Part shown: in pieces, positions 12,831 through 22,192 of the stretch | How the letters are laid out: every line of letters begins with the position of its first letter | Position numbering within the stretch: position 1 is the first letter of the stretch | Assembly (NCBI GenBank): GCA_963731635.1 | Contig: CAVSWB010000004.1 | Coordinates: 240,780 to 304,779 of the forward strand | DNA from: an uncultured Chloroflexia bacterium | Lineage (GTDB): Bacteria > Chloroflexota > Limnocylindria > Limnocylindrales > CSP1-4 | Length of the DNA: 64,000 nucleotides | Direction of reading: 5' to 3' | Notes under the pieces: model-generated | The model's database searches: none | What the model was told of the DNA's origin: nothing | Seen by the model: the letters and a program-made list of their open reading frames with translations, nothing else | Made by a program: the position numbers and the translations under genes

Positions 12831-14473
12831 CGCCGCGCACCGATGGTTGTCGCGGTGCGGTCGAGAGCGTCCCCGCTGAGTCGCGCCGCTGTATTGGCGA
12901 GTTTCGCTTCGAGAAGCGCCCGATCGAGCGACTCCGTGAAGCCGGTGAGCACCTCCAGTTCAAGGGCACCGAGCGTGCACACTCGGAACGTGGTCTTCGC
13001 GGCGTCGCCGAGCCCGGCGTAGATGACGTAGCCGTCGCGCTTGACGGCGTCGTGGAGGTTCTCGTAGCTCACGCCGGGCGGCAGCCTGAGGCTCCGGGCC
13101 GACGACGATCGATCCTTCACGGCGACCGTCGGCTCGAGCCCGAGGCGGGCGAAGACTCTGTCGAGCAGAGCCACTCGCGCTCGGTAAGACTCGCGTCGAT
13201 GCTCGAGACCCTCGTCCAGAAGCTCGTCCAGCGCCGCTTCCAGGCCGTAGACGGCCGGCACGGCAGGCGTGAACGGCACCGAACTCTTCTTCTGGGCCGC
13301 GAGATACCCGGCGATGTCCAGGTAGAGGGATCGGCGGGGCGCTTCCAGAGCGCGGGCGACGCCGGCGGGGGAGAGGAGCACGAACGACGTTCCGGGCAGG
13401 CCGTGGAGGCACTTGTTCGAGGTGCAGGCGACCATGTCGATGCCGGAGTCGGCCAGCATCAGCTCCTCGGCGCCGAGGGAGCTGATCGCGTCCACGACGA
13501 CGCGCACGTCTCTCTTGCTCGCCACGGCTGCGATCTCCCCGACCGGGTTCAGCAGGCCGGTCGTGGTCTCGTGGTGGACCACGGCCACGGCATCGATCGT
13601 CGGGTCGGCGGCGAGAGCGGCTGCCACCTTGCCCGGATCGATGGGCTCCGTCTGGGAAGCGGAGACGGCCACGGTCTCGATTCCCAGCCGCTCGGCGATA
13701 GTGGCGAGGCGATCCCCGTAGACGCCGTTGCGGCAGACCAGCAAGCGCCGTCCCGGGCGAACGGAGGCACCCGTCATGGCCTCCATCGCGGCGGTGCCCG
13801 ATCCGGCGATCAGGGCCAGCTCCCAATCGCGGCCGCTCACCCCCGCCACGTGGAAGAGCTTCTCCCGGATGCGGCCGAACATCTCGGAGTATTCCGGCTC
13901 GCGATGGCACAGGTCGGGGCCGGCCACGGCGCGGTGAACGCGGTCGCTCACCACGGCGGGACCGGGATTGAGCAGCACCCGCTGTCGATGCGGACGCGAT
14001 CGGCCGTAGAGGAACGCATCGGCCGTCGCGAAGTCGGCCGGCTCGAGGATGCGATCGGGCTGGCCGGGCAGCAGATCGAGCCTGCCTGCGTGGCCGTGGC
14101 TGGCCAGACCGACGACCGCCCCTGCGCCGGCCCGGTGTCCGGCAATCAGGGCTTCGACTGAACCGCCGATGACGCCCATCCTGCGCACGTCGGGAACGTC
14201 GGCCGCCGCGAGGGCAACCAGCAGCCCGAAGGGTGACGGCGGGAGCGGTCCACGGACGACCAGATCGGCCAGTCGGCGCTCCGTGGGGCTGGGCGTGACG
14301 TCGTCGGGCGCCACCAGGACGACGACGGCCCCGTCGTTGCGAACCTGCTCGAGCCCGATAGCCAGCGCGGCCTGGGCGGTCGCGGGTAGATCGCCCGCGA
14401 AGAGCGTCCAGACCGATATCGACCGGTCTTCGGCCCAGGAGCGTACTGTCGCGACGGTATCGGCGTAAGGCAT
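12827..14473 (-). CDS. phnW: 2-aminoethylphosphonate--pyruvate transaminase with a fused N-terminal degenerate HAD-like domain
   Basis: LLNPGP, GSGTAAME, NGVYGDR, VHHETTTG, DAISS, SNKCLHGLPG, PFTP; about 165-aa extra N-terminus; RBS GAGGAGG before ATG 14473. Confidence 0.85.
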   Translation of the reverse strand: MPYADTVATVRSWAEDRSISVWTLFAGDLPATAQAALAIGLEQVRNDGAVVVLVAPDDVTPSPTERRLADLVVRGPLPPSPFGLLVALAAADVPDVRRMGVIGGSVEALIAGHRAGAGAVVGLASHGHAGRLDLLPGQPDRILEPADFATADAFLYGRSRPHRQRVLLNPGPAVVSDRVHRAVAGPDLCHREPEYSEMFGRIREKLFHVAGVSGRDWELALIAGSGTAAMEAMTGASVRPGRRLLVCRNGVYGDRLATIAERLGIETVAVSASQTEPIDPGKVAAALAADPTIDAVAVVHHETTTGLLNPVGEIAAVASKRDVRVVVDAISSLGAEELMLADSGIDMVACTSNKCLHGLPGTSFVLLSPAGVARALEAPRRSLYLDIAGYLAAQKKSSVPFTPAVPAVYGLEAALDELLDEGLEHRRESYRARVALLDRVFARLGLEPTVAVKDRSSSARSLRLPPGVSYENLHDAVKRDGYVIYAGLGDAAKTTFRVCTLGALELEVLTGFTESLDRALLEAKLANTAARLSGDALDRTATTIGARR

Positions 14474-14527
14474 TGCTGCGGAACCTCCTCGGCCTGCCCC
14501 CTCGTTTCCGGGCTCGCCGTTGCTTGG

Positions 14528-14587
14528 AGGGTCGGCGAGCAGCATTAACGCGTCACGAACGCCTCGTTAATTGCCCGCGCCCACTCT
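14528..14587. promoter_or_regulatory. Bidirectional Pho-box-like array (ATTAAC 14544, ACGAAC 14555, GTTAAT 14566) between phnW and the phosphodiesterase gene
   Basis: 11-bp period; -10 CACTCT (+, 14582) and GACCCT (-, 14533-14528), each 10 bp from the outer hexamer. Confidence 0.7.
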
Positions 14588-14593
14588 CATCCA

Positions 14594-15715
14594 ATGACCA
14601 ACCGACCGCGCATCGTCCTCCTCGCCTTCGATGGATTTCCTCTTCATGCGCTGCGGCGCACCGTCACGCCGAACTTGTGGCGGCTCTGCCAGATGGCGGA
14701 CGTTGCCGGCGATGGCGGCCATTGCGACCTGCCGTCGACTACGTACCCGGGCTTCAGCTCGCTGCTTACCGGCGCGGGCCAGTGGAAGACGGGCGTGCGC
14801 ACCACGGCCCAACGCCCCGGGGCGGTTCCCGGCTGGGCGGGCACTGACCGGACGCTGATGCCGACTCTCGGCCACGCGGCACAGTCGGCGGGCTTGGAAA
14901 CCGACGTCGTGATGGGAGATCAGAAGCTCCTGAAGGTGCTGCGCTTCGACGAGCTTGATCGAGTCTGGCCGTCCGGCGCGATCGTGCCCGACGGCACCGA
15001 ACTGGACGCCCACGGCTACCCGACCAACGCGGCGGTCCGGCCGTTCCTGCTGGCCGCGGCCGAGGATCCCGAGGTCGACTTTCTCTTCGCCCACCTCAAC
15101 GAGACCGACACGCTCGGCCACGATCTGGGCCCGAGCGCACCCGAAACGTTCGAATGCGCCAACGAGGCCGATGCCATCGTCGGCGAATTACTCCAGCGGC
15201 TCGCTCCGGACTGGAACCGCACCGTCCTGGTGGCTGTCTCCGATCACGATATGGCCAGGCGAATCCCGTTTCCGGCGATCGACCCGACCGCGTCCGCCGA
15301 TTGCACGGGCCTGGCAGCCGAGTGGATCGCCGACGGCTGCGCGGCGTGGCTCCGCCTGGCCCCGGGGGTGGACACTCATCTGGCGATAGATCGTTTCGCT
15401 GCCCTTGACGGTATCGAAACCTGGCGCTGGCGCGATCCCGACGTCCTGCTGCTCGCCGCCGCGCCGGGGCGTGTTTTTGACGCTCCCTGGATACCGGCGC
15501 GCGGCATCCACGGTTCCGTGGCCACGGCCCGGACCATGGCGGTGGTCGGCGGGGGCCACCCCGCTGTTGCGGAGCTGGCCGCGGCAATTCGCAGCCGCGC
15601 ACCATGCCTCCGGGACTGGGCGCCTACGCTGGCCCGCCTCCTGGACGTGGATCTGCCGGACGCCGATGGACTCGATCTCCTCGAGAACGCGCGGCTGGAA
15701 CCCGCTAAGGGTTGA
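14594..15715 (+). CDS. Alkaline phosphatase superfamily / nucleotide pyrophosphatase-phosphodiesterase (NPP-like)
   Basis: LLAFDG, PSTTYPG (Thr nucleophile), DTLGHDLGP, VSDHDM, GIHG metal-binding motifs. Confidence 0.85.
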   Translation: MTNRPRIVLLAFDGFPLHALRRTVTPNLWRLCQMADVAGDGGHCDLPSTTYPGFSSLLTGAGQWKTGVRTTAQRPGAVPGWAGTDRTLMPTLGHAAQSAGLETDVVMGDQKLLKVLRFDELDRVWPSGAIVPDGTELDAHGYPTNAAVRPFLLAAAEDPEVDFLFAHLNETDTLGHDLGPSAPETFECANEADAIVGELLQRLAPDWNRTVLVAVSDHDMARRIPFPAIDPTASADCTGLAAEWIADGCAAWLRLAPGVDTHLAIDRFAALDGIETWRWRDPDVLLLAAAPGRVFDAPWIPARGIHGSVATARTMAVVGGGHPAVAELAAAIRSRAPCLRDWAPTLARLLDVDLPDADGLDLLENARLEPAKG

Positions 15716-16503
15716 GGTCTTCGACCTCGCCCGTCGCCAGGAAGACCACGTCCTCGGCGATGTTCGTCACGCGATCCCCGATCCGCTCGAGGTAGTGCGC
15801 GGCGAACAGGATGCGAGTTCCGGGATCGACCTTGGACGGGTCGGTCCGCATCTCGCGCGAGGACGTCGTCGAAGACCTGGTGGTACAGGCGATCGATCTC
15901 GTCGTCGCGGGTGGCGACTTCGCGGGCGCGGGCCTGATCGATGTCGACGAGGGCCATGACAACGTCGCGGACCTGGCGTGCGGCAAGCTGCGCCATCGGG
16001 GTCAGCTCGTCGTAGGTGACCATGCTCGTGTTGCCCGCGAGCTTGCGGGCCTGCTTGGCCACCGAGCCGGCGTGGTCGCCCATGCGCTCCAGTTCGTAGG
16101 TGACGCGGTCCAGGGCCAGGAGGAAGCGCAGGTCGCGTGCGACCGGAGCTTGCGTTGCGATCGTCATTGCCACCAGGGCCGTGACCGCACGCTGGACCTC
16201 GTTGATTTGCCCGTCCGAGGCGATCACCTTCTGGGCCAGGGCTGCGTCGCGGTTCATGAGGGCGTCGTGAGCGGCCAGGATCTGCTCCTCAACCAGCGAG
16301 CCCATGCGCAGGACGCCGTCCTTGACGCCGAGCATCTCGGTGTCGAGGCTCTCGCGCATGCGGATCACCTGCTGATCCGCCCTGGCGATCGGATCCGTTC
16401 CGTTTGCGTCGACAGGCTTCGGCTCGGGCGTCGCCATCATCGGCATCATCGAGCCTTCGTCCGGTGAAGCCATCGGGCTCTCCTCGTGCAGTGGGGCGCT
16501 CAT
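15705..16503 (-). CDS. phoU: Phosphate signalling protein PhoU (copy 1), frameshift about 15860
   Basis: [40 protein letters not shown]; follows pstB. Confidence 0.9.
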
Positions 16504-17390
16504 CCGAACCGACCGGAGATGTAGTCCTCGGTCAGGCGCTCGTTCGGCCGGGTGAATATCTGGCCTGTCGGGCCGACCTCGACGAGGTAACCGGCCCGGT
16601 CTTCCGCCATCGTGAAGAAGGCAGTGACGTCGCTCACACGCGCCGCCTGCTGCATGTTATGGGTCACGATCACGATCGTGTAGGCCTGCCGCAGCTCCCG
16701 CATCAACTCCTCGATGCGGAGCGTGGACACCGGATCCAGGGCGGATGCCGGCTCGTCCATCAGGATCACTTCGGGATCGGTGGCGAGGACCCGGGCGATG
16801 CACAGGCGCTGCTGCTGCCCGCCCGAGAGGGCCAGGCCGGACTTGCGCTTGAGATCGTCCTTGACTTCGTCCCACAGCGCCGCGCGCTTGATGCTCGTTT
16901 CGACAAGCTCGTCGAGCTTGCGACGGTCGTTCTGGCCGCGCCGCCGCGGACCGTAGGCGACGTTCTCGTAGATCGACATCGGAAACGGATTGGGGCGCTG
17001 GAAGACCATCCCGACGCGCCGCCGGAGCTCGACCACGCTCACATCGGAGTCCATGACGTTCTCGCCGTCGAGGTTGACGGCACCCTCAACGTGAGCGCCG
17101 GGGATCAGGTCGTTCATGCGGTTGAAGCAGCGCAGGAACGTGGATTTGCCGCTCCCCGAAGGGCCGATGAGCGCCAGGATCGAGCGATCCTGGACGGTCA
17201 GGGAGACGTCGCGCACGGCGACCTTCTCGCCGTACATGATCGAGACTTTTTCGGTCGAGATCTTGACGTCGGCCGGCCGGGCGGCGAACTCGTCGGCGGC
17301 GGCCGTCCCGGCCACGACAAGGCGAGGCGGCGCGGTTTCGGCGTAGACAGCTGCGTTGGCGGGCGTACTCATGTCTTCTCCGGTGCTCAT
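16500..17390 (-). CDS. pstB: Phosphate ABC transporter ATPase
   Basis: [54 protein letters not shown]. Confidence 0.96.
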   Translation of the reverse strand: MSTGEDMSTPANAAVYAETAPPRLVVAGTAAADEFAARPADVKISTEKVSIMYGEKVAVRDVSLTVQDRSILALIGPSGSGKSTFLRCFNRMNDLIPGAHVEGAVNLDGENVMDSDVSVVELRRRVGMVFQRPNPFPMSIYENVAYGPRRRGQNDRRKLDELVETSIKRAALWDEVKDDLKRKSGLALSGGQQQRLCIARVLATDPEVILMDEPASALDPVSTLRIEELMRELRQAYTIVIVTHNMQQAARVSDVTAFFTMAEDRAGYLVEVGPTGQIFTRPNERLTEDYISGRFG

Positions 17391-18307
17391 GCGGCAGTCA
17401 GCCGTCGTGTCAGGACGCGGCCGATGAAGCGCGCCCCGAGGTTGAAAATCAGGACCATGGCGATGAGGATCGCTGCGGAGCCGTTGACGATCTCGTTCTT
17501 GAAGGCGCCCAGCCCTTCGGAGTTGAGCTTCCAGATGTAGACCGACAGGGTGGTCGCGGGCCGGAAGGGACTCCAGGGCGAGGCCGGATTGGTCAGGTCG
17601 AAGTTGCCGAAGTTGTAGTTCGGAGGTGTCCCGACGCCGGATGTGAAGAGCAGCACCGCGGCCTCGCCGAAGACCCTGCCGGCGGTCAGGATCACGCCGG
17701 TAATCAAGCCGGGTATGGCCAGCGGCAACACCACATGCTGGATGGTCTGCCACTTCGTGGCTCCCAGCGCCAGGCTGCCACTGCGCTCTTCCTGCGGCAC
17801 GGCCCGGAGGGCTTGCTCGGACAGCCGGGTCATGAGTGGCAGGTTGAAGAAGGTCAGGGCCAGTGCACCGCCAAGGGCGCTGAAGCCGATGTGGAGATCG
17901 TCGACGAACAGGATGAGGCCGAAGAGGCCGACGACGATCGATGGCACCGAGCTGATCGATTCCTCGGCAAAGCGGATGGTGCTGGTAACGATGTTGTCGC
18001 CGGCATACTCGGCCATATAGATGCCCGCGAGAATGCCCACCGGGACCGCCACGACCATCGTGAGCACGAGCATGTAGATCGAATTCCACAGGATGGGCAT
18101 CACCCCGCCCAGGGTGTCGCTGCTGGGGTTGCTGAGGATGAAGCTCGGCGAGACCACTCCCCAGGCCGCGAGGGCGAAGTGGACGATGATCGCCCCGAGG
18201 ATGAGCAGAACGAGCACGCCCGTGGCCCACAGGACTACCGTCGCGGCGCGATCGGCGAGGATGCTGCCTCGCGACGAATTGCGCCGCAGGCTGCGCGTAG
18301 CTGTCAC
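17387..18307 (-). CDS. pstA: Phosphate ABC transporter permease
   Basis: [31 protein letters not shown]. Confidence 0.94.
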   Translation of the reverse strand: MTATRSLRRNSSRGSILADRAATVVLWATGVLVLLILGAIIVHFALAAWGVVSPSFILSNPSSDTLGGVMPILWNSIYMLVLTMVVAVPVGILAGIYMAEYAGDNIVTSTIRFAEESISSVPSIVVGLFGLILFVDDLHIGFSALGGALALTFFNLPLMTRLSEQALRAVPQEERSGSLALGATKWQTIQHVVLPLAIPGLITGVILTAGRVFGEAAVLLFTSGVGTPPNYNFGNFDLTNPASPWSPFRPATTLSVYIWKLNSEGLGAFKNEIVNGSAAILIAMVLIFNLGARFIGRVLTRRLTAA

Positions 18308-19284
18308 GATCCCATCCTCCGTCTGTTGATGACTCGCACCAGCACAACCGACGTGACCGAGATGAGGAGCAGGACCAGGCTCATGGTCCAGAGCGCGTCC
18401 TGCCACGGTTCGCCGAAGACCGTGTTGCCCATGTCGAGGGTGATCTGGGACGTGAGCGTCGTCACAGGCTGAGTGATCGAGGCCGGCAGCGTCGGCGAGT
18501 TACCGATGACCATCTGGACCGCCAGGGCTTCGCCCGCGGCCCGGGTCATGCCCAGCACGACGGCGGTCAATACGCCTCCCAGGGCGGCCGGGAGCAGCAG
18601 GTGGCGGATCGTCTGCCAGCGCGTGGTTCCAAGGGCCAGGGAGCCCGATCGGAGCTCCTGTGGCACAGCTCGGAAGGCGTCGTAGGAAACGCTGGTGATG
18701 GTCGGCAGAACCATCACCGACAGGACGAGCGAACCCGCCAGCCAGGAAAAGCCGGTGAGGAAGCCCGGCATGCTGAAGACGCGACCCAGGATCGGTAGCG
18801 AGATGACGATGGGTCCGTTGAAGGTATCGGCCAGGAAGGGCACCAGGACGGTGATACCGAGCCAGCCCCAGACCACGCTGGGGATGCCGACGAAGATCTC
18901 GAGCGCCGGTTGGACGATCGCCTTGGCCCAACCGGGCGCAACTTCCGACAGGAACAGCGCAAGACCGACGGACAGCGGCGTGGAAATCAAGAGCGCCCCG
19001 GCTGTGACCGCGATCGTGCCCGCTATGAACGGCAGGATTCCGAACTGAGGGCCTCCGTCGGCCAGCGGATTCCAGGTCGACGAGAAGATTGTTCCGACCG
19101 AGACTCCGTCTTTGACGAAAAGCTGGATGCCCTGCCAGGCGATGAAGGCCAGCAGCAGGGCAACGATCGCGACCATCGAGGCTGCCGCCAGGAAGACTAC
19201 CCGGCGAGGGATGTCTATCCGTTCCAGCAGGCCGGGCGTGGCCCGCAGACCCGTTATCCGCTGTGCGCTTGTGAGTTGAGCCAT
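18304..19284 (-). CDS. pstC: Phosphate ABC transporter permease
   Basis: [36 protein letters not shown]. Confidence 0.94.
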   Translation of the reverse strand: MAQLTSAQRITGLRATPGLLERIDIPRRVVFLAAASMVAIVALLLAFIAWQGIQLFVKDGVSVGTIFSSTWNPLADGGPQFGILPFIAGTIAVTAGALLISTPLSVGLALFLSEVAPGWAKAIVQPALEIFVGIPSVVWGWLGITVLVPFLADTFNGPIVISLPILGRVFSMPGFLTGFSWLAGSLVLSVMVLPTITSVSYDAFRAVPQELRSGSLALGTTRWQTIRHLLLPAALGGVLTAVVLGMTRAAGEALAVQMVIGNSPTLPASITQPVTTLTSQITLDMGNTVFGEPWQDALWTMSLVLLLISVTSVVLVRVINRRRMGS

Positions 19285-19324
19285 CGGCGCTGCCTCGACA
19301 CAGATGCTGGAGAGAAACAGGAAA

Positions 19325-19359
19325 GCTCCGAGTCCCGCTGCCAGCGCGGGACTCGGAGC
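19325..19359 (-). terminator. 14-bp-stem hairpin between pstS and pstC (terminator or mRNA stabiliser)
   Basis: GCTCCGAGTCCCGC / GCGGGACTCGGAGC followed by a T-rich tract on the minus strand. Confidence 0.7.
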
Positions 19360-19372
19360 AGGCTATGAGGTG

Positions 19373-20287
19373 CTACTTGACGACGGGGCCGTAAGAGTCC
19401 TTCGGAATGATCGTTCCCTGGACTTCCGGTCCCATCATGAAGTCGAGGAAGGCCTTGGTCAGGCCTGTGGCCTCACCGTTGGTGTACAGGTTTCCATCCG
19501 CGGCGAGCTTGTACGTGCCGCTGCCGACGTTGGCGATGTTGGCATCGATGCCGTCGAGCTGGAGGCCGTTGAGGAGGGGCTTATTGGCCGGGTCGTTGTA
19601 GTAGGCGAAGCCGATAACGCTGACCGCGCCGTTGGTCTTGGTGACGGCGGTCGTGACGGCCCCGTTCGAGTCCTCGGTCAGGGTCTGCCCGCCGGTCGCC
19701 TCAGTGGCGCCGCCGAGAACGAGGGCCTTGAAGCTGGCCCGGGTGCCCGAGGACTGAGGTCGGAAGATGAGCACGATCGGGAGATCCGGTCCACCGACCT
19801 GGTTCCAGTTGGTGTCCTTGCCGGTCCAGATGTCCTTGTTCTGCTGCGTGGTCAGGTTCGTGACCCCGGTCACGTCCTTGTTGGTGACCACGATCCAACC
19901 CTGGCGGGCGACGACGTGGTCGACAAGCTTCGCGGCATCCGCGGCGGACAGCTTGGTGGCCGCCAGAACGTCCGACTCACCGATCTGGACGGCGCCCTGG
20001 GCAACCTGGCTGAGGCCTGTGCCCGACCCGCCGCCGTTGACCGTGATCGTGGAGCCGGAGCAGTGCGCTTGATACGCCGTCGCGGCGTCCTGGATCAGTG
20101 GCTGCAGGGCCGTGGAGCCGGCAGTGGTGATGCTCCCCGCGACGCAGGTCACCGAAGCGGAGGCGCTTGCCGATGCGCTATCGCTGGGCGCGATGGTCGG
20201 CGATGGCGATGCGGCAGACGAGCACGCCGTTACGAGCAGCGTCGCCGCAACCGCCAGAACGCCGAGTCGACGAGTCCCGTTTAGCAA
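19373..20287 (-). CDS. pstS: Phosphate-binding lipoprotein
   Basis: Lipobox LVTAC; GSTALQP, GGGSGTG, RPQSSGTR, SNG; TTG start after GAGGAG. Confidence 0.93.
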   Translation of the reverse strand: MLNGTRRLGVLAVAATLLVTACSSAASPSPTIAPSDSASASASASVTCVAGSITTAGSTALQPLIQDAATAYQAHCSGSTITVNGGGSGTGLSQVAQGAVQIGESDVLAATKLSAADAAKLVDHVVARQGWIVVTNKDVTGVTNLTTQQNKDIWTGKDTNWNQVGGPDLPIVLIFRPQSSGTRASFKALVLGGATEATGGQTLTEDSNGAVTTAVTKTNGAVSVIGFAYYNDPANKPLLNGLQLDGIDANIANVGSGTYKLAADGNLYTNGEATGLTKAFLDFMMGPEVQGTIIPKDSYGPVVK

Positions 20288-20349
20288 CTTGATCTCTCCT
20301 CTTCCTGTTGGGCAATCCCCGTTCCTGGTGCTTCTCAGGTTCCGGCCGG

Positions 20350-20393
20350 ATCGTCGAAGTCGGGGCTTAACGGCGCGTTGGCGGATTGTTAAC
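20350..20393 (-). promoter_or_regulatory. Pho-box-like array for pstS (hexamers at 20366, 20377, 20388) with -10 GACGAT 20355-20350
   Basis: CTTAAC/GTTGGC/GTTAAC at an 11-bp period; the distal hexamer overlaps the stop codon of the upstream regulator. Confidence 0.7.
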
Positions 20394-21192
20394 GTTCCGG
20401 CGCGCTCGAGGACCACCCGCCCTCGCTGTCGGGGTTGCCCGGCGGGTCGAACAGGTAGCCCGAACCGCGGACCGTCAGCAGGTGGACCGGATTGGCCGGA
20501 TCGCGCTCGATCTTCGAGCGCAGCCAGAAGATGTAGACGTCGACGACTCGCGGGTGGGTGGTCAGGTCGTGCCAGATGCTCTCGAGCAGCTCCGCCCGCG
20601 TGAACGCGCGACCGGGGTTCACGGCCAGGAATTCGAGGAGCGCCATCTCCTTCGGCCGAAGGGGCAGAAGTTTGCCGCGGCGCCGGACGGCATGCGCAGG
20701 CCGGTCCAGTTCGACGCCGTCCCCGACGAGGATCCGACCGTCCGAACCATAGGTCGGGACGGTGCCGCGCCGGCCGGCGATTGACAGCCGGCCCACGACT
20801 TCCATGGGATCCGACGAGAGATCGAGAGCGTCGTCGAAGCCCAGTTCGAGCGCGTGGAGGCGAGCAGCGACGGCCTGATGGGGACTCAGCAGGACAGCCC
20901 GGGAGCGATGGTGCAGGGCCCGCCAACCGGCCACTCGCTGCAAGTCTCCGGGTCCGGCGGGTGGCGTAATCAACACCACCAGGCTCGGCTCAGCGGACGA
21001 AAGTGCCTCCGAGAACGCGCTCGATGCGGACTCGACTCGAATCTGAACTCCGGGAAAGAAGCGCGCCAGATCGATCGGACCGCCCGGGTCCGCCAGCGCG
21101 AGCCAACCGGAGGGAGCGGGCTCGGACACGGACGGTGTGGTCGCACCAAAGCGGCGACCCGCAGCCGGGCCCTCGTCGCGAACCTGCGTCAT
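20389..21192 (-). CDS. Atypical OmpR-family regulator (degenerate receiver plus winged helix)
   Basis: wHTH LRPKEMALL...FTRAELLESIW...RVVDVYIFWLRSKIERDP...TVRGSGY; receiver lacks the DD pocket and phospho-Asp but keeps LELGFDD. Confidence 0.8.
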   Translation of the reverse strand: MTQVRDEGPAAGRRFGATTPSVSEPAPSGWLALADPGGPIDLARFFPGVQIRVESASSAFSEALSSAEPSLVVLITPPAGPGDLQRVAGWRALHHRSRAVLLSPHQAVAARLHALELGFDDALDLSSDPMEVVGRLSIAGRRGTVPTYGSDGRILVGDGVELDRPAHAVRRRGKLLPLRPKEMALLEFLAVNPGRAFTRAELLESIWHDLTTHPRVVDVYIFWLRSKIERDPANPVHLLTVRGSGYLFDPPGNPDSEGGWSSSAPER

Positions 21193-21199
21193 GGCGGCG

Positions 21200-21243
21200 A
21201 ATTTGGGCGCGTGGTGTTAACGCGATGTTCCGGCTGCGTGAAC
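21200..21243 (-). promoter_or_regulatory. Pho-box-like array (21216, 21227, 21238) with -10 CAAATT; leaderless start of the atypical regulator
   Basis: GTTAAC/GTTCCG/GTGAAC at an 11-bp period, 10-bp gap to CAAATT, ATG 7 nt later. Confidence 0.7.
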
Positions 21244-21251
21244 GTTGAGTG

Positions 21252-21440
21252 AAGCAGCGCGAATTACTGAGCGAGGAGCGCAGGCGACAACGAAGCGCTG
21301 GGCCGCCCGCCGAACCAGGAGCAGCGCCGCCGGCGAGCACAGAGCGAGGCGGAGCCGAGCACCGCCGCGAGCGGCCCTGGACGGCCGTGAGCGAGGAGCG
21401 CGGGCGACAACGAAGCGCTGGGCCGCCCGCGGCGCTGCTT
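21252..21440. repeat. REP/MITE-like intergenic element: 43-bp direct repeat x2 inside 9-bp terminal inverted repeats
   Basis: TGAGCGAGGAGCGC(A/G)GGCGACAACGAAGCGCTGGGCCGCCCGC at 21268 and 21388; AAGCAGCGC / GCGCTGCTT at the ends. Confidence 0.7.
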
Positions 21441-21442
21441 AC

Positions 21443-22063
21443 CTACGCGTGTTTGACCACGATGCGTTCGATCAGCTGCGCCACGTCCTCGCACTTGTCG
21501 ATCGTGGCTTCAAGGAGGGCATAAATGTCCTTCCACTTGAGGACGTCGATCGTTTTGGTGCCGTCGTCGAAGAGCGCCGCGATGGCCGATCGCTCGAGCC
21601 TGTCGCCTTCGTTCTCGAGACGGTGGATCTCGATGACGAAGCGGTCCAGATCCTTGAAACCGCGCAGGTTGCTCAAGGCCTGATGGATCTGATCGCAGCA
21701 CTGGACGATGAGGGAGGCCTGCTTCACCGACGTCTTTGTCGGCGCCGTGATGTTATAGAGCACGAAGGTGTCTGAGACCTCCTCGACCAGGTCGAGGATA
21801 TCGTCCAGCCCGCTGATCAGAGAGTGGATCTCCTCGCGGTCGAAGGGCGTCACGAATGTCGCCTCGAGGCGATGGCCGATGTTGTGGCTGATGTCGTCGC
21901 CGCGATGCTCGATGTCGCGGATCTTCTTGGCCGCCTTGTCCGGCGTGTCGAACGTGCGCAGCATCGTTTCGAGCTGGCGGGCGCCGTCGAGGACGTTCGC
22001 GGCGTCTTCGACGAACAGGTCGAAGAAGCGTTCGTCACGCGGAATCAATCGAAACGACGGCAC
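21443..22063 (-). CDS. DUF47 (PhoU-like) phosphate transport regulator
   Basis: EHRGDDI, TFVTPFDREEI, LDDILD, LENEGD, KWKDIY, DKCEDVA; GTG start with GGAGGT RBS. Confidence 0.9.
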   Translation of the reverse strand: MPSFRLIPRDERFFDLFVEDAANVLDGARQLETMLRTFDTPDKAAKKIRDIEHRGDDISHNIGHRLEATFVTPFDREEIHSLISGLDDILDLVEEVSDTFVLYNITAPTKTSVKQASLIVQCCDQIHQALSNLRGFKDLDRFVIEIHRLENEGDRLERSAIAALFDDGTKTIDVLKWKDIYALLEATIDKCEDVAQLIERIVVKHA

Positions 22064-22192
22064 ATCTACCTCCGGCGGGTCTCTGGGACCCGGGACTCGC
22101 ATTGGACTCGGCTAGCGTAACGGTCGGCGCGCCTCGCCGCCAGCCGGTCACATCGGGCTGTCGAAGTCGCGCCGGTGTGCCATGCTCGACGT

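Noticed and set aside
16500-18347. Long N-terminal extensions of pstB, pstS, sixA and ABC subunits in the ORF track
   Set aside because: These are GC-rich open frames overlapping neighbouring genes; real starts have an RBS or stop-start overlaps.
21268-21430. Mini-CRISPR (repeat-spacer-repeat)
   Set aside because: Only two 43-bp repeats with a 77-bp REP-like interior; no leader or cas genes.
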